From NCBI GenBank assembly GCA_044892525.1, contig CM097887.1:18662001-18726000 (forward strand): a stretch of 64,000 nt of DNA, given 5' to 3'. Shown here piece by piece: positions 41,382 to 52,172 of this stretch. The number at the start of each line of letters is the position of its first letter. Position 1 is the stretch's first letter. Under the pieces are notes generated by a model. It made no database searches. It had not been told where the DNA came from and saw only the letters and a list, made by a program, of their open reading frames with translations. The translations under genes were made by a program, and so were the position numbers. This DNA is from Schmidtea polychroa (taxonomy: Eukaryota).

Positions 41382-41676
41382 CCCAATTCTCGTGGCACCT
41401 TTTGTCACCCCGGCGGTAGGAGAAAATCCGCCATCCCGCAAACGCAAGCATCCGACTAGGGCCGAGAAGAATAGAAAACGCCGGGATACAATGAAGGCGC
41501 TCGAAACGTCATTATCAGCGGCGCACTCGAAAATTAAGGAAATATCAACAACTCACTCAATCCCCTCAAAGGAAGTTTTCCGCATTGTTCCAGCCAGCAG
41601 TATCAAATTCATATCCGACTGCCGATTACCTGTTGACATCGACGAGATGATCGCCGAAGGGGACAACTTCGTCTAG
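41266..41676 (+). CDS. Element D overlapping ORF with basic motif; may be the frameshifted C-terminus of the previous ORF
   Basis: PPSRKRKHPTRAEKNRKRR resembles PP..KPKRKRLGRN of M ORF2. Confidence 0.4.
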   Translation: MVRTCSLSTISRLHLLPQVVKGTAPSAAHPSPGIVGISDPILVAPFVTPAVGENPPSRKRKHPTRAEKNRKRRDTMKALETSLSAAHSKIKEISTTHSIPSKEVFRIVPASSIKFISDCRLPVDIDEMIAEGDNFV

Positions 41677-43974
41677 AACGGATTCCTATTGCTCTCGATG
41701 TTAGCTGCGAGCCGTAAACGAACTTGAAGATTTCGTCGAATGTCGTATCCTACTTGTTCATATGCTGTTGATTTAATAATTGTGATGATGTATTGTTTTA
41801 TTTTCGTTTCAGTGTCAATATATTTTTCTGTTTGGTTATTATTTTGTAAAGTCTTCATATATTTGGTTTTGCGAATTAGAGTAAACGAATTAGTGCGGAA
41901 GAATGAAGGAATTAGGCCAACGGTCGTCCTCTGGACTAGGATCGGACCGAGATTTAGGTAGGAATGAGGGTAAGCCCTTCTCAGGCACCATGGAACCCGA
42001 ACCGAGAAGGGGTTAGGAGTAGTCCTAAGGCAGGGGCTCACCTGCTAACCTTTTCCGACCCGTGTGGGCAGCACCAACGTGGAACATCACCACGGGCCCA
42101 CGCGTGGGAATATTTGTCTGATCATTAGGAGTATGCAAGGGAAGTGTGATGAGCGGAATGGCGAGGCTTGTGTTGGGCTAGAACTGACTTCTAGACCCAA
42201 ACTTGAATTGTGACTGAAAGGTGCAGGTACACAACATGCAAAAACAAAAAGTGTAGTTAAATATTAAAATTACATCAAATAAACAATATTAATTAAAGGA
42301 GAAAACAACAAAAGCATAAACACCGAAATTAAATAAAATCATACCAAAAGCAAGAAGTTATGCAAAATCTAACTCAAAATGATCAAATAAACATAGAGTT
42401 ACAAGAAACAAACTCGAATAACTTAAAAGCTGGTAAGAACAGTAAAAAATTCCAGAAAAACCCAGAACATTCCATAAAAATGGCGATGACCATCATAAAA
42501 GTTATCTTAAACAATAAAATTTAGACAAAATCAATAAATTAGTAATAAAAATGAAAATTCGTAAAAAGAAATCCATAAAACACCAATTAAAATAAAAATT
42601 AAATTAAAAGTGAAATAGAATGTTCTGGAACCGTTCCAAATCCATCATGGACGTAAAATTAATGAAAAATAATTAAAGAATAAAAATATAAAAATAAAAA
42701 CAAAAATTATGGCAAAAAAATTGCCATTAAAAATATCGAAATTACAAAATAGAAAGTTCTGGAATAAAAAGAATTCGAGTGTTTTAATGCATCAATACAT
42801 ACACGTGTACAAAATAGGTATATATACTGACACGTTTCAGTCACAATCAATCACTATTTTTATGCCAATTTTTACAGAAAGTATTGCCAACGAAAATAGT
42901 AAGAATTGTTGATTTTTTTTTATTGCATTAATGAAGTACTTTTTAAATTAGTTATCATTTTATTTGTTGATTTTTATTATATTAATGAATTATTTTTTTT
43001 AATTTATGATTATTTTATGTGTTGATTACATTAATGAATTACCTTTTCAATTTATGAGTATTTTATTTGTTGAGTTTATTACATTGGTGAATCACTTTTC
43101 AATTTATTATCAATTATGTAGGGGAATCGAAGTAATTGCATTTTTTGATGTCTCTTGCTTTTGATTCTCTCCAGTGATGTACGAAGGTTCGACGGCGTAC
43201 TGGTATTCCTGCGTCGTCGTTCGGTCCTGCATCTAATTTTTATAGGACATGCATTATCAATATTATAGCAATCTAATATTATATCATCCTTTTTTTGTTC
43301 GGGTCTTTCGGGGGTCGAACTACTTCATGGTCCTGCCATGGAGTTAGGTCGAGGAAACCCTCCGTCTGACTCTTTGTATTTATGTAAGGTCGGCCGTAAA
43401 TGGTTGACTCAACACACAACACTAAGGTTTGTGGAAGTGGTCACAGTGGGGCCATGGAAGCAATATTCTTCCCGACTTTCAGTTAATACACATGTAAAAT
43501 CCACATTCAAAATCACGAACAAAAACTCTACATTAAGGTTCTAAATTGAGTAGAACTCGTACCTAAAATGACACAATCCTGCACTCACACTCATGTAGCT
43601 GGTTGACCCTTAATAGTAATTGTAAGTATACTTAGACAGATGCCGAACTAGAATTTGAAATAAGAATTTACAGTAAAGTAATAAAATGAGAAGGATCGTC
43701 GGCATGTGTATAAGTATAGTTTAATTTAGATAGGCTAATTAAAGTAAATGTAGATACCATAAATGTAATTCTCCAGAAACAAATTACAAATTGATCAGGA
43801 ATCCTACTCTAATATATTTGGGTAAATGATAAATGAACAACACGGATAAATCTTAACTATAAAAATAGACCATAAGCAAGTGTATATAGATCAGAAAATA
43901 TAAATCTAGTTATGTATGTATATATTAACTCTAAATAGGTAACCTAGTAAGGATAATAGATAGATTTTTAACCA

Positions 43975-44520
43975 CAAAGATACAAATGTTATATATAATT
44001 TATAATTATAAATTCCAAATGGTTATGGGAAAATTTTGCTTTATAATAATGAAGGGGAATCTCTTTAGTAATCCCTTTAATCTTAGAAATATAAATGAAT
44101 AAAATGTTATATATAAATTATAATTATAAATTCCCAATAGTTACGGTTAAATTTTACCTTATAAGAATGAAAGAATCTCTTTAATAATCCCTTTAATCTT
44201 AGAAATATAAATGATAAAAATGTTATATATAAATTATAATTAGAAATTCCCAAGGGTTATGGTTAACTTTTACCTTATAAGAATGGAAGAATCTCTTTAA
44301 TAATCGCTTCAGTATTAGAAACATAGATGATAAAATGTTATATATGAGTTATAATTATAAATTCCCAATAGTTATGGTTAAATTTTACTCTATAAAAATG
44401 AAAGAATCTCTTCAATAATCTCTTCAACCTTAAAAGCACAAATGATAAAATTATAAATGTTATCTATAAATTATAATTACAAATCCCCAATGGATATGGT
44501 TAAAAGTTATTTGATATAAA
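43975..44520. repeat. Tandem repeat of about 117 bp, about 4.5 copies, inside M2
   Basis: Recurring AATGTTATATATAAATTATAATTATAAATTCCCAA..GAATCTCTTTAATAATC. Confidence 0.85.
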
Positions 44521-45761
44521 TTATAAATATAATCTATAAATAGGTATAAATACGAATTATAGATAGTTATATGTAATACTTAGCTATAAATATACAAAGT
44601 ACAGATAGCGATAATGACCTGCAACGAAGCATACGACGTTAGAATCAGGGCTATAAAAATCTTGCTAGAGTCATGAATTACAAATTGAAATAATTATATT
44701 CATTATTATAACCATCATCATTAGTGTTATTATTACCATTATTATTATTTGTTATTATTATTACTATTATTACTACTATTGTTATCATGGTATTATTATT
44801 ATTATTATTGTTACAATTACTATTGTTATCTCTATCAGCAATTATTGCTCACCAAAATCAATATTCCAATCGAAATATCGATTTAAGGTTTGCCCCAAGT
44901 CAAATTTAGTATCAACCCTTTAGATCCAATAAGAAGGAGCGAAATCCTTAAAAGTTATTTTTAGTAACCCCCCTCTAGAAAATGTTAACACTATCTAAGT
45001 AAATTGGAGATAGGGGCGGAAGTATATTATCAAAACCTATGAGATACCTATCTAAATCATTAATGAATCGTAATCATATCATTTGTTTACTAGAGAATCA
45101 AACCACTATTACTAAAATACCAAAGAGTGCTTTATTATGATTAATAAATTATAAATACAAAACTACTACGAATTCCAAAAGAGAATCCCTAACGAGGAGT
45201 CGTACGACGATTTCCCAAAGCTAAACTCGTCTATCTCCAGCCAAGAAAAATCATCACCCAGCATTCCTAGAAATGAAAATGTGTGGTAAATAAATAAATT
45301 ACCCGAGCTGCTTAAAAGTCGATTGTACCACTCATGACGAGCACGATCAAGGAGAGGTAAGTAAACGAGAACTAAGCTCGCCTCTAATACCTATCACCCG
45401 ATGTGCCCGAATTCAGTAGTAATGTACTAATTCCCGGGAATTCGACAAAATTTAACATAAAGATTTTTAAATTACCATCTCGTGGTAAATAAATGATAAA
45501 TAGTGAAATAGTAAGTTTAAACAAATATGACAGTGAGGGAATTTTTTTTGTCGAGGTATGGACCTTTCAACATTAATGCTTAATCTAGATAAATGTTTTT
45601 TTTTTATTTTTAATTGATTAAGAATTTTATCGATAAATTAAATAAAAAATTTCATGTTAAAAGTAGTTACATTACTTATAGTAACTTTGGTAGTTAAAGT
45701 ATTATTTATTTTGGGTATATTTTCCACATTGGTTATGATCGTTAATATTCGTACTACAGAT

Positions 45762-46127
45762 ATGTCCCAATCAGATGAGTTCAGCGATGAAGAAAACCAC
45801 CGACGGACGATCACCCGCCTCCGGACCCGTTACATCTGGCACCATATACATCGGTGGGGTCAGGGAAGGGACCTAGATTGTACGGAACGAGTAATCCGGA
45901 CAGGCCCCGAAGTAGATGCCCCGGCGTGGGTGAAGGTGGAACCGGAGAATAACCGGCTGCAGGAGGCCCGAGACCAAGCGGCCTGGGAGGTGGAAGCCGC
46001 TCAGATGCGACTCAGGAAGATCGAGTTACAAATCCGGGCGAAAAGAGAAGGAGTGCCCGTGGAGGAGCTAGAGGAGGCCATAGCATCCCCACGAAAGAGA
46101 GGGAGGCCCCGCAAATGCCGAGGGTGA
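45762..46127 (+). CDS. M2 ORF1, intact 121 aa, C-terminal AT-hook (PRKRGRPRK)
   Basis: ATG follows ctacag|AT; homologous ORFs in M1 and M3. Confidence 0.75.
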   Translation: MSQSDEFSDEENHRRTITRLRTRYIWHHIHRWGQGRDLDCTERVIRTGPEVDAPAWVKVEPENNRLQEARDQAAWEVEAAQMRLRKIELQIRAKREGVPVEELEEAIASPRKRGRPRKCRG

Positions 46128-46333
46128 TCAAGGACCAACTATTGACTTACTATAATTGTGTGTATTGTGACAAATAATCAAAATTGGTTGAGGATCATGT
46201 GTTACTCTTTTTAATAAAATATCTTTTGAATAAATTTCTTATTTAATAGCTAAAGTATCGTTATGCATGATATTGACCTTATTATATTGAACAAGGGGAA
46301 TGCTGCAAGCCAGTAATCGTCGTAATTTATCTA

Positions 46334-46804
46334 ATGATCAAACTATGCGAAAATCTACGAAAGGACAGAGAAGAAGCCCAAAAACAGGCCGAGGAGCTCC
46401 GTATACGAGTGGACAAACTCAAGGGACGGTGCCGTGAACTAGAAAGCACCTGGTTTAGTCCTCAAGATATGAGGAAGAAGTTGACACAGGTCCTCCAATT
46501 GCAGACTCAAAACGCGCAGGATCAGATGGAGATCCGGGCCTTGAAACTCTAACTCCGCGCGTTGGAAACCGAACGCAATGAACAAGCGGTTCACGGAGCC
46601 ACCATAAGTCAAATCCGGCCGTTGTCCGTGGAGTTGGCAGCCATTTACCCTCCGGCCGCGAAAGATAAGCCCAAGAGGAAGCGGCTGGGGAGAAACATTC
46701 GTGAGAAATTAAAGAAGGCCAGACTGGCCGAATACGAAAAGCAAGTGGGCTCCTCGCAAATATCTACGACGGGACTAATCGGCCCCACCAACCGGCCAAG
46801 TTGA
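46334..46804 (+). pseudogene. M2 ORF2, 156 codons with one in-frame TAA at 46550-46552
   Basis: The two listed ORFs are in the same frame and align end to end with M3 ORF2. Confidence 0.8.
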
Positions 46805-47009
46805 ACTTCCATTCCTTGATGTGTACTTCTGTAGTGTGTTTATATATCTAGTAGTATTGAAATGATATTTCCTTTGCTTGTTGTTAAAATAATACATGTT
46901 CTGTAGCGTTAAAAAATGTCTGATATATTTTATGATTGTGTGAAAAGTGAGAGTTTGCACGTAAGGTTGGGAAAACAATTTTGATAAGGGACCTAAGGAA
47001 ATCGGACAC

Positions 47010-47216
47010 AAACCTTCTAACGGTAGTCCGTGAACCCATGGAGTGCTCGACGATTATAGTGCCTCGATGCGCTCACTTTTCGCGAGCACTCAACCCTTGG
47101 TACAGGACCAACGTTGATTACTCAACGGGTACCAAGCGGAACCACTAACGTTGTATTTTGGGTTACGCTGGCAACAGCACTAAAGGACAAAATATTTGAT
47201 CATCAGTAACCCACCA
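47010..47216 (+). ncRNA. Predicted structured 3' domain of the M/D/E family; strand and function not proven
   Basis: Stems 47041-49/47083-91, 47096-103/47129-36 with bulge 47104-11, and 47160-66/47206-12; compensatory changes across six copies. Confidence 0.6.
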
Positions 47217-48021
47217 CTTGGTATGTCTCTAAATCGTGGATAAATAACTTTCTTCCCCACCATACACCAACAGTAGTTAGGAGCTCCCCACAGCAAGCAC
47301 TCCTTCCCGGGGGAGGGGGGTAAAAAGTTTTTTTTTGATTACGCGATTTCTGCAGAGGGCTCCAATGTTTGTTTTCAATACATTTAGATAGGCTCTATAG
47401 AAAAAGGCCAACAAATATGAGATTATCTGAACGGCGGGATTTTAATATCATATTATTATAGAGATTGCGATTAAACCACGATTATGTTAGCAGCGAAACA
47501 TGATGAATTCGATTTGGCTAGAAAATGTTATGTTAAATATATCTTGATAAAGACAACGATAATTTTACATCACAGTTCTATGCAGGCCCTGAAAGAGGGG
47601 TAGGAGTTACGTGGGTCTTTTGACGTGGGCCTCCAAAACATAGCTAGCAACATTGTCTATTGTAAACTATACTTCGTAATTTTATGTAAGGCAACAAAAA
47701 TTTATAACTAGAGGCCTTTATGATTGATGCAATCCCACTTTCGACTTGGCTTAGATGTTTTTTCCTTGTATAATTAACTGCCGACACAAATTTGATGTTA
47801 TGAATTTTACATTTAGAACTCAAAATCTATTTCACTCAGAAAAATTAAGAATATCATAACAAAATACAATATAAAAACTTGTAATATTTTGTAAATGAAT
47901 CAAATTCCTCGTGATCAGTTTAATTTAATTATTGTTAAGATTAATTTTAAACTGTAAGTAATAATAAATTATTTAAATAAATTTAGAATATTTTATATTA
48001 TTTTATTTGTATAAAATCAAC

Positions 48022-48122
48022 CTGTGCTGTTGTATCAGCGGTTTCCAGTAATGAACGATTTGTAGCTGGTCCGTCAATCCATTTCAAGTATTCAGAACTT
48101 TTTTTAGAAACGGGTGAATGAA
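48022..48122 (-). CDS. FAD-dependent oxidoreductase, exon 2 of 4
   Basis: gattag|TTCATT..WIDGPA..DTTAQ|gttgat; TTAQ joins VHP of exon 3 in frame. Confidence 0.85.
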
Positions 48123-48172
48123 CTAATCAGAAAAAAATTATTAAAACCCGGTAACAAAAGTCTAATTCTAAC

Positions 48173-48446
48173 TTTTATCTAGAAAAGCAGAATATGTATC
48201 TACATTCCGGTAATCTACTTCAGTAAATGTTTTAGCCAGCTCCATGTGTAAATCATAACTTAAAACTGCTAATTCATTGCAACCATTTGATTTACACCAA
48301 GTTTTTGCTAAAAATCCCCCAGCTTTACCAGAAGCACCGCAAGCAACTTCTTCTTGTTCAATTATGATACATGAAACATTTTTCTTGGCAAGAAAATATG
48401 CACACGATAGGCCTATTATACCTCCTCCACAAATTACTATTTTCAT
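48173..48446 (-). CDS. FAD-dependent oxidoreductase, exon 1 of 4 (full protein about 368 aa)
   Basis: MKIVICGGGIIG (GxGxxG motif)..ACGASGKAGGFLA; donor gttaga. Confidence 0.92.
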
Positions 48447-51040
48447 TTTAAAAATTTCATTAAATCAACTTTATTTCTAAAATTTGAGATTTCAGCGACT
48501 TTGAGTAGTAAAACAATCACAAATTAAAATTGAATTTTCAAAAATTAAGTGCAACTTTTTAATATTATAAATAATGTTTTCAAAATTAATAAAATTTAAT
48601 AATAAATAACCAATTTTATTAACAATCGCGATGAGACTATTGTGGTTTTAAGTTAAAGACAAATCCCGATTTTTCAATGATTTTTATCTCAATACTATTA
48701 ATTTGGCAATAATTCATCAATGATATAAAAATAAGTGTATAAGACTAGAGAAAAGAGTCATGACAAGTTTATTTGGTAAGTCTCTGTTGCTGGTTTTGGT
48801 TGCCTTGTTCCTAAGTAACGCTAAGTTTACCATTAGATTTCACCTAGTTTATCATCCCAGTAATGCCAAACACATTATTTATAGCATAACTAATATTGTC
48901 ACATGTTACGTTGAAAATTTAATCTATTTGTGAAATCTGCATAAAAATGATCGCCTCTATGGAACTGCTTATGCTCAACTTATGATTCCAAATTATTTCT
49001 ACTGAGTTTTCTTTTTGCTTGATGGTAAGTTCAGGTGAGGACCTCATTACTATAGCTTTCCAAACATCGGCAACTACGAACTTTTCACACATTAGACGAT
49101 CAGTGTAACCCCTGTATCTGAAATTTTTACTAAGTATACATACAACGTAAAGATGACAATCCTCGGAAGCTGCTAAGTGTGGCACAATTTTGGATCATTA
49201 GCAGCTGTTAGAAAGATTTACGTCCATTCAAGTATCAATGTAATTAATGTTTTAAAATTTCTTCGTATTTTGACCTCTTACAGAATTTAAAATTATTTTT
49301 GTAAAGATCTTGATCTCAAAGTTTGCTGTATAAGAACATAAATGAAATCCGATATTGCTCCTAATCTAATTATAGTAGGCACTAGTGATTGGTTACCGCC
49401 ATTTATATGTTCTTTTCATGAGTTAAAGATTTCCTATTTTAACTATATGATCAATCTTTGATGGGTAAACCGCAAGTCACTTGTTTTATTCCAGCTCATA
49501 CAAACATGCTTTCTCTGCTCAGATTCAGTATCTTTTTGACTTTTTGTCCTTTCCAGTAAATTTATGATTGTTCTTCCCATTCGTTTTTACCTATTCTACC
49601 ATGAAGGAAAAATCAAACAAACCAGTAACGCCTATTACTTTGCATGGCACTCTCTTAATACATTCTATGATATTCTTAAATAATATTATAAGTACCAGAC
49701 GTATTTAGCTTGCAATCTTATGAATTCTAAATCGTATCAATTTCTAATAATAGAAGACTTTAAATATAATAATATTTATTTAAAAAAAAAGAATTACTGT
49801 ATGATCAAAGTCGAAAATAAGACAATTTTTTTAAAGTAGTTGATAATAATACATATACACCTTCCTTCGGTTGTCCAAATATATCCATATATATTTTCTC
49901 CAAAGGCTCAGAGGTTGTAATTGTTTTAGTTTCTTCTTTTGTTCCTTTTATATATTGTATGTATGTTTCACATGTTTTCTTTATAATATGCCTGCATTCA
50001 TTTATGCAGTTTCTTTTTGAAATTTTATTTTTATATCAAAACTGCTTAGATTATTTTTCAACGTCTGAAACTGTACTTTAATTGTGCTATTTTTGGTCAA
50101 CATAATAGTAATTTTTTTAGTTTGTTTGCTTTAAGACTCTTTTATCATGTAAGTCAGCGCTTCTCTACCTTTTTTGCTTTGAGTACCCCTTGGAAGTTCG
50201 TTATCCTAAATTGTACCCCTTATATTATAAAAAAAATTAAAATATTAATTCATTAAATATTAAATATTAAAATATTAATATATTAATATTTTGTGTATAA
50301 ATAGTGAGCGATAAAACAATTTTTAAGTCCAATATTTGCCACCTCTTTGAAACTAAATTGAGGCGAGAGTTATACTTTTAACATCCGCCATTACTAATAA
50401 TTTACCACGAGTTGGGAATCGCTGATATAAGTAATAGTTGAACCTTTTACAAAAATAATATATTGTTAACATCTTTTTTAGTGATGCATTATCCTCTTTC
50501 ATCACTTCTCATTGCACGTGACCCATACGTAATGACATGTTTGAGTACCACTTCATCTTTCTGCGATAATATTTGTGGAAAGTTGTGAGCTCAATGCGCG
50601 TCTGTGTGCGCGTTGTATTTTGTGATGGGTTTGTGTGCACAGACGCGAGCAATGTCATTTTTGTGTTGGGTTGTTAGTTTATCTCGCGTCTGTATGCGCT
50701 TTTCTTTTCTTTGTTTTTGGCTTGTGTGCGCACACAGACGCGAGCAAGAGGTAGGACAATTTTATTAATTAGGTTTTTGTGAGGTTGTAATTTGTTTATT
50801 TTAGATTTAGATTTTATCGATTTTTGAATTTATGATGAGTTATGTTTCGAGTTTAATGGAGTCGAATTATTTGGGTTTTTAATGATTTTCGGATAAAAGA
50901 TGGCTGATTTTAATGAAGAAATGGAAATGGGAAATACTACCAACGAAATTGATGGTTCCTTTTTTATGACCCCAAGAGATCCTGATAATGTTAATGGTGT
51001 TTCTGGCCAACTAATATTAAATTTATTTGGTGGATGGATT

Positions 51041-51363
51041 TCCGTTGGTATTCGAGGCAATAATTGTGATGTAGTAGCTACACAAAGAAAGGTTCCAGAT
51101 CAAATGATTGAGAAGAGTTCAGCTACAAGATTGTTTAATATTACTGAAAGTCCTGGAGGTGTCATGACTGGTATGATCCCTGATTATCGATCTCAAGTAT
51201 GTCGTGCACAAATGGAAGCAGTTCGATTTAGATATAAACATGGATATGAAATGCCTTGTGACATAATATTGCGGATATTAAGCAGCTTTCTACCCAATCA
51301 ACTGAGACGCGACCATTAGGTTGTTCAATGATGGCATTATCTTATGGTATTGAAATGGACAAA
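51041..51363 (+). pseudogene. PSMA6: Proteasome subunit alpha-6 internal fragment
   Basis: SVGIRG..TQRKVPD..LFNITE..VMTGMIPDYRSQV.RA..EA..RYKHGYEMPCD, then after a frameshift ADIKQLSTQSTETRPLGCSM. Confidence 0.85.
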
Positions 51364-52172
51364 TTGTTATTATTCAAAAATAAAATTATTATTCGTTATC
51401 GTGAATTTAAACAATTTGGGAATGTGAATACTGTTGCTACTATCTTTACTGGTTTCATTTCATCGAATTCTTTGACACATATATCTGCTTAAACTCTTTT
51501 TTCATTATTGTTTTACAAACGCTTTCTAATTCTCATGTCTTCTATGCATAATATTTGATGAATCACTGGTGATAATAATTACATATCCCAAAAACTTCTC
51601 ATCAAGTTCTTCACGCACTTTGGGTTTTGGAAGTATTGAATATCTTCAATATTATTTTTGGTCAGTTTGTATTTATTATGTATTCTAAAAACTTAATTTT
51701 ACTTTTAAAGATCTGATACTTTTTTGAGCTAATTTTTAGTTTTGTTATTTCAATACGCTTTTGAATAATTTCCAAACATTATATGGTGTTTTTCAATAAA
51801 TTTTTGTAAAGATTAGTGGTGGGTTACTGATGACCAAATATTTTGCTCTTTAGTGCTGTTACCAGCGTAACCCAGCATGCAACATTATTTTCCACTTGGT
51901 ACCCGTTGAGTAATCAACGTTGGTGCTGTACCAAGGGGTTGAGTACTCGCAAAAAGTGAGCGCGCTAAGAGCGCTATAATTGTCGAGCACTCCATGGGTT
52001 CACGGACGGCCGATAGAAGGCATGTGTCCGATTTATTTCGGTCCCTTATCGAGATTGCTTTCCCAAACTCTTTTCTGTCAACCGTCCTGCTCTGGACAAT
52101 CACAAATTTAATCACATACCCATCAGACAATGAAATTATTTATTAAAACACTACAATATCACAATGTCGGTT

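Larger units (their letters stand above)
42171..47216 (+). mobile_element. Element M2 (5046 bp)
   Basis: TGTTGGG at 42171 and CCCACCA ending at 47216; TSD CTTG/CTTG. Confidence 0.92.
37600..47272 (+). mobile_element. Element D: divergent family member hosting M2 and a MITE; left end tentative
   Basis: TGTTGGGCTA at 37600; TWFSP ORF; 3' motif at 42061-42104; terminal stem and CCAACA at 47272 once M2 is removed. Flanks AATA/GTAG do not match. Confidence 0.55.

Noticed and set aside
47160-47216. A genuine tRNA gene at the M terminus
   Set aside because: Only 57 nt, with no anticodon arm or canonical T-loop; kept only as a tRNA-like end hypothesis.
51827-51833. CTGATGA hammerhead core near the M3 terminus
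   Set aside because: No stem II-GAAA-stem III follows, and the motif is absent in M1 and M4.
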